Source of the DNA: an uncultured Rhodobacterales bacterium | GTDB taxonomy: Bacteria; Pseudomonadota; Alphaproteobacteria; Rhodobacterales; Rhodobacteraceae | DNA length: 58,660 nucleotides | Assembly (NCBI GenBank): GCA_964638245.1 | Contig: CAZWZG010000002.1 | Location: 15,492 to 74,151, forward strand | Direction of reading: 5' to 3' | In this document: piece after piece, positions 37,231-45,572 of the stretch | Layout: the number at the start of each line of letters is the position of its first letter | Position numbering within the stretch: the stretch's first letter is position 1 | Notes under the pieces: generated by a model | The model's database searches: none | Seen by the model: the letters and a program-made list of their open reading frames with translations, nothing else | Told to the model about the DNA's origin: nothing | Position numbers and translations under genes: made by a program

Positions 37231-38376
37231 ATGACACAGGAATTCATTCTTGCCAACGCGCGTATCGTGCTCGCCGAGCGCGTTGTCCCGGGATGGATTA
37301 GGGTGTCTAACGGCCTGATCGCTGAGATTGGCGAGGGGTCGGACTGCCCAGCGGGCGCTGTCGATTGCTCAGGTGCCTATCTGGCGCCCGGGCTTGTCGA
37401 GCTGCACACCGACAACCTTGAACGCCACATCACACCACGTCCGAAGGTCGATTGGCCCCACAAACCGGCGATCATTGCCCATGATGCCGAACTGGCGTCC
37501 ACCGGGATCACGACGGTTTTTGATGCGTTGCGTGTCGGCTCGATCCCCGGCGCCAAGTCTGAATACAAACGCTACGCGCGCCCTTTGGCGGACGAAATCC
37601 TGCAGTTGCGGGCGGCGGGCGCCTTGAAGATCAGCCATCACCTGCACCTGCGCGCTGAGATTTGTTCAGAGACGCTGATCGAAGAATTCGCGGAGTTCGG
37701 ACCCGACGATCGCGTGGGCATCGTCAGCCTGATGGATCACATGCCCGGCCAGCGTCAGTTTTCCGACATGGACAAGTACAGCGCGTATGTCATGCGCAAG
37801 TACGACATGACCCTGAGCGATCTCGAAGAACACGTTGCGCATCTTTTTGACATTCACGAACGTCTCGGCGCGCGGCACGAAGCGACGGCAGTGTCAGAAG
37901 CGGCGCGACTTGGGGCCACCCTGGCAAGCCACGATGACATGACCCAAGAACAGGTTGCGGTGAGCGCGGGGCACAACGTCGTAATGGCAGAGTTTCCAAC
38001 GACCCTGTCAGCGGCACAAGCCTGCAAGGATGCTGGAATTTCGGTAATCATGGGGGCCCCGAATGTTGTCCGCGGTGGGTCGCATTCCGGCAATGTCTCG
38101 GCGTTGGATCTCGCGCGTGATGGATTGCTGGACATTTTGTCCTCCGACTACGTGCCCTCTGCCCTCTTGCTTGCGGCCTGCCGCCTTGCGACGCTTTGGG
38201 ACGACTTGCCGCGCGGGATCGGCACCGCGACGCGCGCACCCGCGATGGCGGCGGGGTTGCACGACCGTGGTGCTATCGGCGTGGGGCTTCGCGCGGATCT
38301 TATCCGTTTTGATTGGCAGCCTGACGAGGATCCCGTGATCTCGGCCGTTTGGTGCCACGGGCGGCAGGTCGCCTGA
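37231..38376 (+). CDS. phnM: PhnM-like amidohydrolase (alpha-D-ribose 1-methylphosphonate 5-triphosphate diphosphatase family)
   Basis: 381 aa from ATG 37231. ILANARIVLAERVVPGWIRVSNGLIAEIGEG..GAYLAPGLVELHTDNLERH...DHMPGQRQF pattern. Confidence 0.8.
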   Translation: MTQEFILANARIVLAERVVPGWIRVSNGLIAEIGEGSDCPAGAVDCSGAYLAPGLVELHTDNLERHITPRPKVDWPHKPAIIAHDAELASTGITTVFDALRVGSIPGAKSEYKRYARPLADEILQLRAAGALKISHHLHLRAEICSETLIEEFAEFGPDDRVGIVSLMDHMPGQRQFSDMDKYSAYVMRKYDMTLSDLEEHVAHLFDIHERLGARHEATAVSEAARLGATLASHDDMTQEQVAVSAGHNVVMAEFPTTLSAAQACKDAGISVIMGAPNVVRGGSHSGNVSALDLARDGLLDILSSDYVPSALLLAACRLATLWDDLPRGIGTATRAPAMAAGLHDRGAIGVGLRADLIRFDWQPDEDPVISAVWCHGRQVA

Positions 38377-38443
38377 GACAAGCCGTTTCGCCGTCAACGC
38401 TGTGCATTGGACGCCAACGGTTTCGTTCATGTCGCGTTTACGC

Positions 38444-38471
38444 TTGACCCCGTGCTGCGACACTTTATCAC
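38444..38471 (+). promoter_or_regulatory. Candidate sigma-70-type promoter for the riboswitch operon
   Basis: TTGACC (38444-38449), 16 nt, then TATCAC (38466-38471), just upstream of the riboswitch. Confidence 0.3.
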
Positions 38472-38474
38472 GAA

Positions 38475-38660
38475 AGGGCCTCGGTTCCGGTGAAGGCCGG
38501 ATGAAAAGGGAACGCGGTGCGCCTCGATAGGCCAATCCGCGGCTGCCCCCGCAACTGTAGGCGGCGAGCGACGGCTGATCATGCCACTGGGCCAATGCCC
38601 GGGAAGGCCAGCCCGAGCGTTGACCCGCAAGCCAGGAGACCTGCCGGCGCGTTCACCCTT
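38475..38660 (+). promoter_or_regulatory. Cobalamin (B12) riboswitch
   Basis: Hallmark blocks occur in order: ggtgaaggcc..aaaagggaacgcggtg..aatccgcggctgcccccgcaactgta..gccactgg..gggaaggc..agccaggagacctgcc. Located in the 5' leader of a TonB-dependent receptor gene. Confidence 0.85.
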
Positions 38661-38785
38661 TCCGTCCGCGGGGTGCGGTTCGGAGGCGGTTATCCCGCAG
38701 CGGTGACGTTTCACCGTCTGGCGGGCGCGAACCCTCAGACAACATTGCTTGCCGTTACGACGGCTTTGGGTCTTTGGGGGACCAC

Positions 38786-40579
38786 ATGAAAAAACTGACG
38801 ATATCCGCGCTTGCCCTGTTGGCAGGCTTACCCGCGATGGCACAAGACACGATGATCCTGGGCGAAGTGACGATTTTCTCGTCCCTGACGCCACAGGACG
38901 TGAACCGCACCGGTGCCACGGTTGAGGTCATCACCGAAGAAGAGCTTCGCGAAACGGCCGTCCAATCGGTCTCCGACTACATTGCGCGTTTGCCAGGCGT
39001 GACGGTCGCCCAAAACGGCGGCTTCGGCAAACAGACGGCAGTTCGCGTCCGCGGGCTTGCCGGAGCTTATGTGGCGGTGCGCGTTGATGGCATTGATGTG
39101 AGCGATCCGTCGGCCACACAGTCGTTGTTCGACTTTGGCGGGTTGATGACATCGGACATTGCCCGGATCGAGATCCTGAAGGGCGGGCAATCCGCGCTCT
39201 ATGGCTCTGAAGCGATTGCGGGTGTGATCAACATCACCACCACGGCCGCCGTTGAGGAAGGCCGCGCGATTTCGCTGGCGGCAGAGGTCGGAAGTTTCGG
39301 AACTGTCGCAGGTTCGATCGCGTTTTCAGAGGCCTATGAGCGCGGCTCGCTGGCCTTTACATACTCGCAAACCAGCACGGACGGCTTTTCGGCCCGCGAC
39401 AGCGACACCGAAGAGGACGGCGGACGTGCCCGACGGCTGTCCTTTTCCGGCGAATATGAGGCAACCGACAGTGTAACGCTGGGCTTCACCGGTTTTGTCG
39501 GTGACAGCGAAACCGAGTTCGATAACTCGACCACCGACCCAACGGGCGAACAGTTCGTTGAGACGACTGGCCTGCGAGTGTTTGCCGAGGTCACCGGTGA
39601 CCGCGTCGACAGCACGTTCTCGGCCTCAACATTCGCAAATGACCGCTTCTTCCCGGGGGGCTTCACAGAGAATTTCCGGGGTGAGCGTAAGGAACTGTCC
39701 TATGTCGGCACCACGCAATTCGGGGCAACCGATGTCAGCTTTGGCGCCGAATACTCTCGCGAAAGCTACACCTCAGACTTCGAAGCGGGCGATGCGACTG
39801 TTGCAAGCATATTCGGTGAGGTTCTGTACGCACCGAACGAGGCGCTTGATCTGTCGTTCTCGCTGCGGGGGGACAAGCATTCGGAGTTCGAAGCCAGCCT
39901 GAATGCGCGCGCCGCATTGGCGTGGCGGGCTTCGCCTAACACGATTGTGCGGGCCGTGGCCAGCACAGGCACGCGGAACCCGTCGCTCTACGAACTCTTC
40001 GGGTTCTTTGGAAACCCAGACCTGACGCCGGAGACCAGCCGTACGCTTGAGGCAGGTGTCGAGCGCATTTTTGACGGTGGCGGGTTCGTCAAAGCGACGG
40101 CTTTCCGGACCGATATCGAAGACCTGATCACTTATGATTTTCCGACAAATGCCTATGCACAGGTTGGTGGGGCGACCGAGACGTCCGGGATCGAATTGTC
40201 CGGTGCAATGCCAATCAACGACTACGTCGATGTCTTTGGCAACTACACCTACACTCGGGCGCAAACCGATGGCGTCGACCTTGTGCGGGTACCAACGCAT
40301 GAGTTGGCGCTTGGCGTGTCGGCGATGCTGAAAGAAGGGCTGACGGGGGAGCTTTCGTTGCGTCATGTCGCGGATTTCACGGACTTTGACGCTGTGACTT
40401 TTGCCCGAAAGGACATGGCAAACTTCACAGTCGTCAACGCGGCGCTAACCTACGAGATCGCGAACGGGCAAGAGGCCTATGTCCGGGTCGAAAACCTGTT
40501 TGATGAGGATTATCAGACTGTTGATGGTTTCAACCAGCCGGGTCGCTCGATCTATGTCGGTTTTCGCGCGACTTTCTAA
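38786..40579 (+). CDS. btuB: TonB-dependent outer-membrane receptor (BtuB-like)
   Basis: 597 aa from ATG 38786. Signal MKKLTISALALLAGLPAMAQ, plug motifs (VEVITEEEL, IARIEILKGGQSALYGSEAIAGVINI) and C-terminal ...YVGFRATF. The B12 riboswitch lies upstream. Confidence 0.85.
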   Translation: MKKLTISALALLAGLPAMAQDTMILGEVTIFSSLTPQDVNRTGATVEVITEEELRETAVQSVSDYIARLPGVTVAQNGGFGKQTAVRVRGLAGAYVAVRVDGIDVSDPSATQSLFDFGGLMTSDIARIEILKGGQSALYGSEAIAGVINITTTAAVEEGRAISLAAEVGSFGTVAGSIAFSEAYERGSLAFTYSQTSTDGFSARDSDTEEDGGRARRLSFSGEYEATDSVTLGFTGFVGDSETEFDNSTTDPTGEQFVETTGLRVFAEVTGDRVDSTFSASTFANDRFFPGGFTENFRGERKELSYVGTTQFGATDVSFGAEYSRESYTSDFEAGDATVASIFGEVLYAPNEALDLSFSLRGDKHSEFEASLNARAALAWRASPNTIVRAVASTGTRNPSLYELFGFFGNPDLTPETSRTLEAGVERIFDGGGFVKATAFRTDIEDLITYDFPTNAYAQVGGATETSGIELSGAMPINDYVDVFGNYTYTRAQTDGVDLVRVPTHELALGVSAMLKEGLTGELSLRHVADFTDFDAVTFARKDMANFTVVNAALTYEIANGQEAYVRVENLFDEDYQTVDGFNQPGRSIYVGFRATF

Positions 40580-41384
40580 AGCCGCGCTATTGGCGCTGGC
40601 GATGCCGGGGGCTGCTGTTGCGGCCCCCGAGCGGATCGTTTCGATCAATCTTTGTACGGATCAGCTGACGATGCTTGTCGCAGATCCGTCGCAGATCGCA
40701 TCCCTTTCGTTTCTGGCGACCGAGCCGCAAAGCTCTGCCATGGTCGAGCAGGCGGCCGCTTTTCCAGTGAACTACGGACGGGCTGAAGAAGTGTTTTTGA
40801 TGGACCCGGACCTCGTTCTGGCAGGGACATTCACTACCCCTGCCACGGTCACGATGCTCCGCGGTTTGGGGTTTCGCGTTGAACAGATCGATGCCGTCCG
40901 GGACGTGGATGGCGTTGCCGATCGCTTACGCGAGATTGGCCGACTTGTAGGACAGGATGCGCGCGCAGAGGCGTTAGCCAAAGCCTACGAGGACGACCTT
41001 GCAACGCTGCGTGCGGATGTCCAGGAGCGCCCGCGTGCGGCGCTTTACTATGCGAACGGATACACATTGGGGGATAAGTCACTGGCCGGTCAGATCCTGT
41101 TGGCGGCGGGCTTTGACAACGTGGCGACGGAAGCCGGATTTTCGGGTGGTGTGATGCCGCTTGAGCTTTTGGTGACGTTGATGCCGGATCTTGTCGTGGA
41201 AGGTCAGCGATATCCCGGCGCGTCGCGATCCGAGGCGATCCTTGACCATCCTGCTCTTGCCGCGCTGTCAGATGCGCGCCAGGGCGATACGATCTCGGAC
41301 AGTGACTGGGTGTGCGGGACGCCTTTCGTACTACGGGCCGTGCGCGAACTGGCTGAACGGCGGCGGGCGTTGACGGGCGAGTGA
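40554..41384 (+). CDS. Periplasmic binding protein, BtuF/FecB (Peripla_BP_2)-like
   Basis: 276 aa from ATG 40554 (overlaps the btuB end). Signal then APERIVSINLCTDQLTMLV...DPDLVLAG, typical of class III SBPs. Confidence 0.75.
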   Translation: MSVFARLSKAALLALAMPGAAVAAPERIVSINLCTDQLTMLVADPSQIASLSFLATEPQSSAMVEQAAAFPVNYGRAEEVFLMDPDLVLAGTFTTPATVTMLRGLGFRVEQIDAVRDVDGVADRLREIGRLVGQDARAEALAKAYEDDLATLRADVQERPRAALYYANGYTLGDKSLAGQILLAAGFDNVATEAGFSGGVMPLELLVTLMPDLVVEGQRYPGASRSEAILDHPALAALSDARQGDTISDSDWVCGTPFVLRAVRELAERRRALTGE

Positions 41385-41404
41385 CGGCCTGCCAGACGGG
41401 ACGC

Positions 41405-41926
41405 ATGACAGTCATTCTTTACATCGGTGGGGCACGGTCGGGCAAAAGCCGTCTGGCCGAGGCGCGCGCGCACTCGCTGTCAGATACGCCGGTCTACATC
41501 GCTACGGCCGAGGCCGGTGATGCAGAGATGGCGGAACGGATCACACGGCACCGCGCCGACAGGGGCGAAGGTTGGCGGGTCATCGAAGAACCCACGGACC
41601 TTGTGGGAGCACTGGCGAAAACGGCCGGGGACGTCCGATTGGTGGATTGTCTGACGCTTTGGCTGTCGAATGTGATGCTTGCGGAAAAAGACATCGACGC
41701 CGAGATGTCCGGGCTGCTCGATAGCCTGTCTTCGTCGACCGGACACGTCGTTCTGGTAAGCAATGAAGTCGGGCAAGGCATCGTTCCGGACAATGCATTG
41801 GCGCGCGCGTTTCGCGATCACGCTGGCCGGCTCAACCAGGCCGTTGCAGCGATTGCGGACGAAGTGGTCCTTGTCACCGCGGGCCTTCCCATGACGCTAA
41901 AGGCCGAGGCGCGCCATGACGGGTGA
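41405..41926 (+). CDS. cobU: Adenosylcobinamide kinase / adenosylcobinamide-phosphate guanylyltransferase
   Basis: 173 aa. P-loop ILYIGGARSGKSRLAE, plus IATAEAGDAEMAERITRHRADRG and VLVSNEVGQGIVP. Confidence 0.85.
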   Translation: MTVILYIGGARSGKSRLAEARAHSLSDTPVYIATAEAGDAEMAERITRHRADRGEGWRVIEEPTDLVGALAKTAGDVRLVDCLTLWLSNVMLAEKDIDAEMSGLLDSLSSSTGHVVLVSNEVGQGIVPDNALARAFRDHAGRLNQAVAAIADEVVLVTAGLPMTLKAEARHDG

Positions 41927-42728
41927 GCTGATCCAGCTTGCTCTCATGCTGGCCGCAACGGGTGCGGTCGCCGGTGTCATGGCAGGCTTGTTCGGGATTG
42001 GCGGAGGCGCGATCCTTGTTCCCATGCTGTCGATAGCCTTTGCTTTGCAAGGGGTTGGCGAAGACCATATCGCGCATCTGAGCGTTGCGACCTCCATGGC
42101 GATCATCCTTCCCACGGCGATCCGGTCCTATCGCGCTCACCGCGGTCACGGAGCTGGGGATCCCGAGATCCTGAAGGCTTGGGTGTTCTGGGTGCCTGCT
42201 GGAGTGATTGCAGCGGCGCTTGTGCTGCGTTGGGTGCCAGGGGATGCGTTGCGCTTGATCTTTGCCGTCTTTGCGACGGTGATTGCGATCAAGATGTTGT
42301 TCAATCGCGCGTCCTGGAAGCTTGCCGATGACCTGCCAGGCAAGGGTGCGCGCAATGGCGTCGGCTTTGGAATCGGCGTCTTATCGACCTTCATGGGGAT
42401 TGGTGGCGGCAACCTCAACAACCTGTTCATGACGCTCTATGGGCGGCCTTTGCATGAGGCTGTGGCCACCTCAGCGGGACTGGGTGCCATCATCGCCGTC
42501 CCTGCGGTGTTGGGTTACGTCGCGGCGGGGTGGGGCGTTGCGGGGTTGCCGGGTTTCACCCTGGGTTACATCCACTGGCTTGCGGTTCTTTTGGTCGCTC
42601 CGTTTTCAATGCTGACCGCGCCGATTGGTGCGACACTGGCCCATCGGATGAGCGCGCGCGCACTTGAGATTGCATTCGGCGTGTTTCTTGTCGTTGTGGC
42701 CGCGCGGTTTTACGCACAGGCGTTCTAG
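41916..42728 (+). CDS. TauE/SafE-family membrane permease
   Basis: 270 aa with about 8 TM. GLFGIGGGAILVP and FMGIGGGNL repeats typical of TauE/SafE. Overlaps the cobU end by 11 nt. Confidence 0.8.
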   Translation: MTGELIQLALMLAATGAVAGVMAGLFGIGGGAILVPMLSIAFALQGVGEDHIAHLSVATSMAIILPTAIRSYRAHRGHGAGDPEILKAWVFWVPAGVIAAALVLRWVPGDALRLIFAVFATVIAIKMLFNRASWKLADDLPGKGARNGVGFGIGVLSTFMGIGGGNLNNLFMTLYGRPLHEAVATSAGLGAIIAVPAVLGYVAAGWGVAGLPGFTLGYIHWLAVLLVAPFSMLTAPIGATLAHRMSARALEIAFGVFLVVVAARFYAQAF

Positions 42729-42738
42729 GCGAAACGCA

Positions 42739-43119
42739 TTACTCTGCCCGCGCGACCAGGGTTTCGCCCGCTTCATTGGTTAGGATTATGACCGGGCCTG
42801 AGACCTCGACCAGCGTGGCACCTGAAAGGAAAGCAAAGAATGCGTCCTCTGCCGCCAAGTCGGGACAAGCGACCTTGGTGGCCATGATCGGGTCGATCTG
42901 GATCCACGGATAGGGCGCATTCTGGGAGGCCGAGTAAGCGTTGCAAGGGCCGCGCCCCTGAACAAGGCCGGGTTCGGGAAACCGCACACTCGCCGTTGCC
43001 TCGAAGGGTTGTCCGGCCAGTTCGGTGACGACATAGGTCGCCTCGCGATCGGCATAGCCCGAGATCGTCTCGTCTGGCGCGGCCAATAGCGCCAGACCGG
43101 CTGCCATCAGCGCGATCAT
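42739..43119 (-). CDS. META-domain (HslJ-like) protein
   Basis: 126 aa. Signal-like N-terminus and GRGPCNAYSASQ... / ..ATKVACPD..EDAFFAFL pattern as in META domains. Confidence 0.6.
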   Translation of the reverse strand: MIALMAAGLALLAAPDETISGYADREATYVVTELAGQPFEATASVRFPEPGLVQGRGPCNAYSASQNAPYPWIQIDPIMATKVACPDLAAEDAFFAFLSGATLVEVSGPVIILTNEAGETLVARAE

Positions 43120-44120
43120 GCTTCGTTCAAAAAGCGGCCAGTGCGTAGCAACGCTTCCTTTGCGGGGACAAAATCGATGCCAAGCACCTTGCGGGCCTGA
43201 CTGTTGTCGGGGTGCTCGACACGACCCAATGCTGGCAGGATCGCGCGGGCCCGTTTGTCAAAAAGCGCAAGGCCGCGCACCAACATGTTCGGCGCGGTCC
43301 GCGTGCTGGCGTTGCATCCCGGGAACGCCTCTTTGAAGGTCTTGCCGATCTCGGGCATGGTCATGCGCCCGCTGTGTAGGATGAAGCGCTTGCCGATGGC
43401 CTCTGGCAACTCCATGGCGCGCAAATGTGCACGGCTGACGTCTTCGACATCAACGATGCCAAACCCAAGTTCGGGCAGGAACGGGTCCTTGCCCAAAAGG
43501 ATGTTCTCGATCACTTCGAGCGAGGTGCCGAAATGGATGTCCATCGGTGTGCCCGCAACGAGGACGGGGTTGATTGTGGACAGCTGCATCTCGGGATGCT
43601 TTTCGACGAAATCCCACGCGGCGCGTTCCGCTTTGGTCTTGGATAGCGCGTAGGGGCTCATCATCGGGTGGCCTTCTTCGGACCAGTTCGTTTCTGTGAA
43701 CTTGCCTCCCTGGGTGTCGGTGGCGTAAATCGCCGCGACGGAGGACGTTAGAACGACACGGCTCACGCCTGCCTTTTGTGCCGCCCGCAGGGCCCGCAGG
43801 GTTCCATCCACTGCTGGGCCAACAAGGGATTGTGGGTCATCGGGGTTTGTCATCGGGAAAGGTGAGGCGGTGTGCATGAGCGCATCCACGCCCTTCATGG
43901 CCGCGTCCCAGCCGTCATCCGAGGTCAGATCAAGCTCAACAAAACTAAGCCTATCAAGGAGGTCTGGCTCTGAAAGCTTGTCGCGCAGAGCATCCAGAAC
44001 TTCGTTAGAACGACCTTTGCTGCGCAGCGATCCGCGCACCATGTAGCCGTCTTCAAGAAGATCCAGGGCAATGCGCTTGGCGATGAAACCGGTCACTCCG
44101 GTCAAAAGCACGGTCTTCAT
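43116..44120 (-). CDS. NAD-dependent epimerase/dehydratase-type SDR (aldehyde/flavonol-reductase-like)
   Basis: 334 aa. MKTVLLTGVTGFIAKRIALDL Rossmann motif and YALSKTKAE catalytic YxxxK. Confidence 0.8.
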   Translation of the reverse strand: MKTVLLTGVTGFIAKRIALDLLEDGYMVRGSLRSKGRSNEVLDALRDKLSEPDLLDRLSFVELDLTSDDGWDAAMKGVDALMHTASPFPMTNPDDPQSLVGPAVDGTLRALRAAQKAGVSRVVLTSSVAAIYATDTQGGKFTETNWSEEGHPMMSPYALSKTKAERAAWDFVEKHPEMQLSTINPVLVAGTPMDIHFGTSLEVIENILLGKDPFLPELGFGIVDVEDVSRAHLRAMELPEAIGKRFILHSGRMTMPEIGKTFKEAFPGCNASTRTAPNMLVRGLALFDKRARAILPALGRVEHPDNSQARKVLGIDFVPAKEALLRTGRFLNEA

Positions 44121-44322
44121 GTGAAGCCTCGTCTAGGGGGTTACGGGGCAGGTAATGGCGGGTCGCCCAAGATCAAGGTGTTGCGTGGCCTGAGCGCGTT
44201 TCTTGACGCCACGATCGGTTCGGAAATGCGGTCTGCTTTGCGTCGGACAAGCGTATGGCAAACGTATGGCACCACGCAGCGATGGCTTGGTGGTGAAGCG
44301 TTCGGTCATCTTTGTTAACGCA

Positions 44323-45255
44323 TCAAAGCTGAATGACCTTGCGCCCTTCAAGAAAGCCTTCGTCTTTTTTTGCCTCAGCTTTCAGGAAATCCCGGAATGC
44401 GCGTGTGGCGGGCAAATCCTCGCGCCCCGGACGGCAGACGATCCTGTAGTAGGCCGGTGTTCCAAGGACGACGTCAAAGGGGGCGACCAGCGCGCCACTG
44501 TCCAGCGCCTGTCGCGTCATGCTTGAACGACCAAGCACCACGCCAGCCCCGTCTTGCGCAGCATCAACGGCATGGTCAGCCTGCGTGAAGGACAAGCCCT
44601 TGGGTACGGATTTGACCGGGTGTTCTGCTGCTGCGAACCAATGTGTCCAGTCGGGCGGCGGATCGAGAAACAGTATGCTCTCGTCGGTGATGAGTGTCTC
44701 GTTCAGAAGATCGGCGGGCTCAGAGATGCGCTCGGCGATCTCAGGTTTCATCATGGGAAGGATGTAGTCTTCCATCAGGCGTTCGCGGAACAGACCCGCG
44801 TCGTCACCTTCGCCAAAGCGCACAGCAAGGTCGATGCCATCGCGGGCTAGGTCCAACTTGGCCAGCGTGGCGACAAAGCGTAGTTCGATTTCAGGATGGG
44901 CGCGGGCAAACCGCCCCAGTGCGGGGGCCAGCCACTTGGCAGCAAATGCCGGACCGCACGTGACAGTCAGGCGGTTTTCGTCATCGGCGCGCTGGGCTTC
45001 GGCCCAGCCGGTGCGTAGCGCCATGAAGGCGTCGCGCGCATGGGGCGCCAACGCCTTGCCCTGCTCGGTCAGCTCCAGCGCACGGGGAAGTCGCTCGAAC
45101 AGCTTTGCGCCAAGGTCGTCTTCAAGCCCCTTGATCTGAAAGCTGAGCGCGGCTGGCGTGACGTTCAGCTCGGCGGCCGCGTCCTTGAAGCTCAGCCGTC
45201 GGGCCGCGGCGTCAAACGCACGCAAGCCGGTAAGGGAAGGAAGGCGATCAGCCAT
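44323..45255 (-). CDS. LysR-family transcriptional regulator (GcvA-like)
   Basis: 310 aa with N-terminal HTH LTGLRAFDAAARRLSFKDAAAELNVTPAALSFQIKGLEDDLG. Confidence 0.9.
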   Translation of the reverse strand: MADRLPSLTGLRAFDAAARRLSFKDAAAELNVTPAALSFQIKGLEDDLGAKLFERLPRALELTEQGKALAPHARDAFMALRTGWAEAQRADDENRLTVTCGPAFAAKWLAPALGRFARAHPEIELRFVATLAKLDLARDGIDLAVRFGEGDDAGLFRERLMEDYILPMMKPEIAERISEPADLLNETLITDESILFLDPPPDWTHWFAAAEHPVKSVPKGLSFTQADHAVDAAQDGAGVVLGRSSMTRQALDSGALVAPFDVVLGTPAYYRIVCRPGREDLPATRAFRDFLKAEAKKDEGFLEGRKVIQL

Positions 45256-45374
45256 CGGTTAAGTTTTTCTTGTCTGAAGCGTCGAAACATCTCGTTTGTA
45301 AAACTTATGACGCAAGCGCATTTATACGTCAACGAAGCGGCAGAAACCGCATTCAACGCAAAAGGATCAAGACA

Positions 45375-45548
45375 ATGACAAAAGGTAAATTTGAGCAACC
45401 CAGCGATGCGCAGATCAAGGCCGCCATGGAGCGGAGCCGTCAATTGCGCAGTGATGCGATTGCCGAAATGGGATCGAGCTTTTGGGCGCGCATGTTTGGT
45501 GGTGCACCCAAGCGGAGCCACCTGCCGGGCAAAACGGCGGATTGCTAA
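45375..45548 (+). CDS. Possible small protein (57 aa, hypothetical)
   Basis: ATG 45375 with AAGGA about 7 nt upstream. Divergent from the LysR gene. No secure family assignment. Confidence 0.35.
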   Translation: MTKGKFEQPSDAQIKAAMERSRQLRSDAIAEMGSSFWARMFGGAPKRSHLPGKTADC

Positions 45549-45572
45549 CTGGGCGCGTCTGCCCGATTGCGC

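Noticed and set aside
36514-38376. Calling this region a C-P lyase (phn) operon
   Set aside because: Only phnM and DUF1045 are present. phnGHIJKL, phnN and phnCDE are absent from the window.
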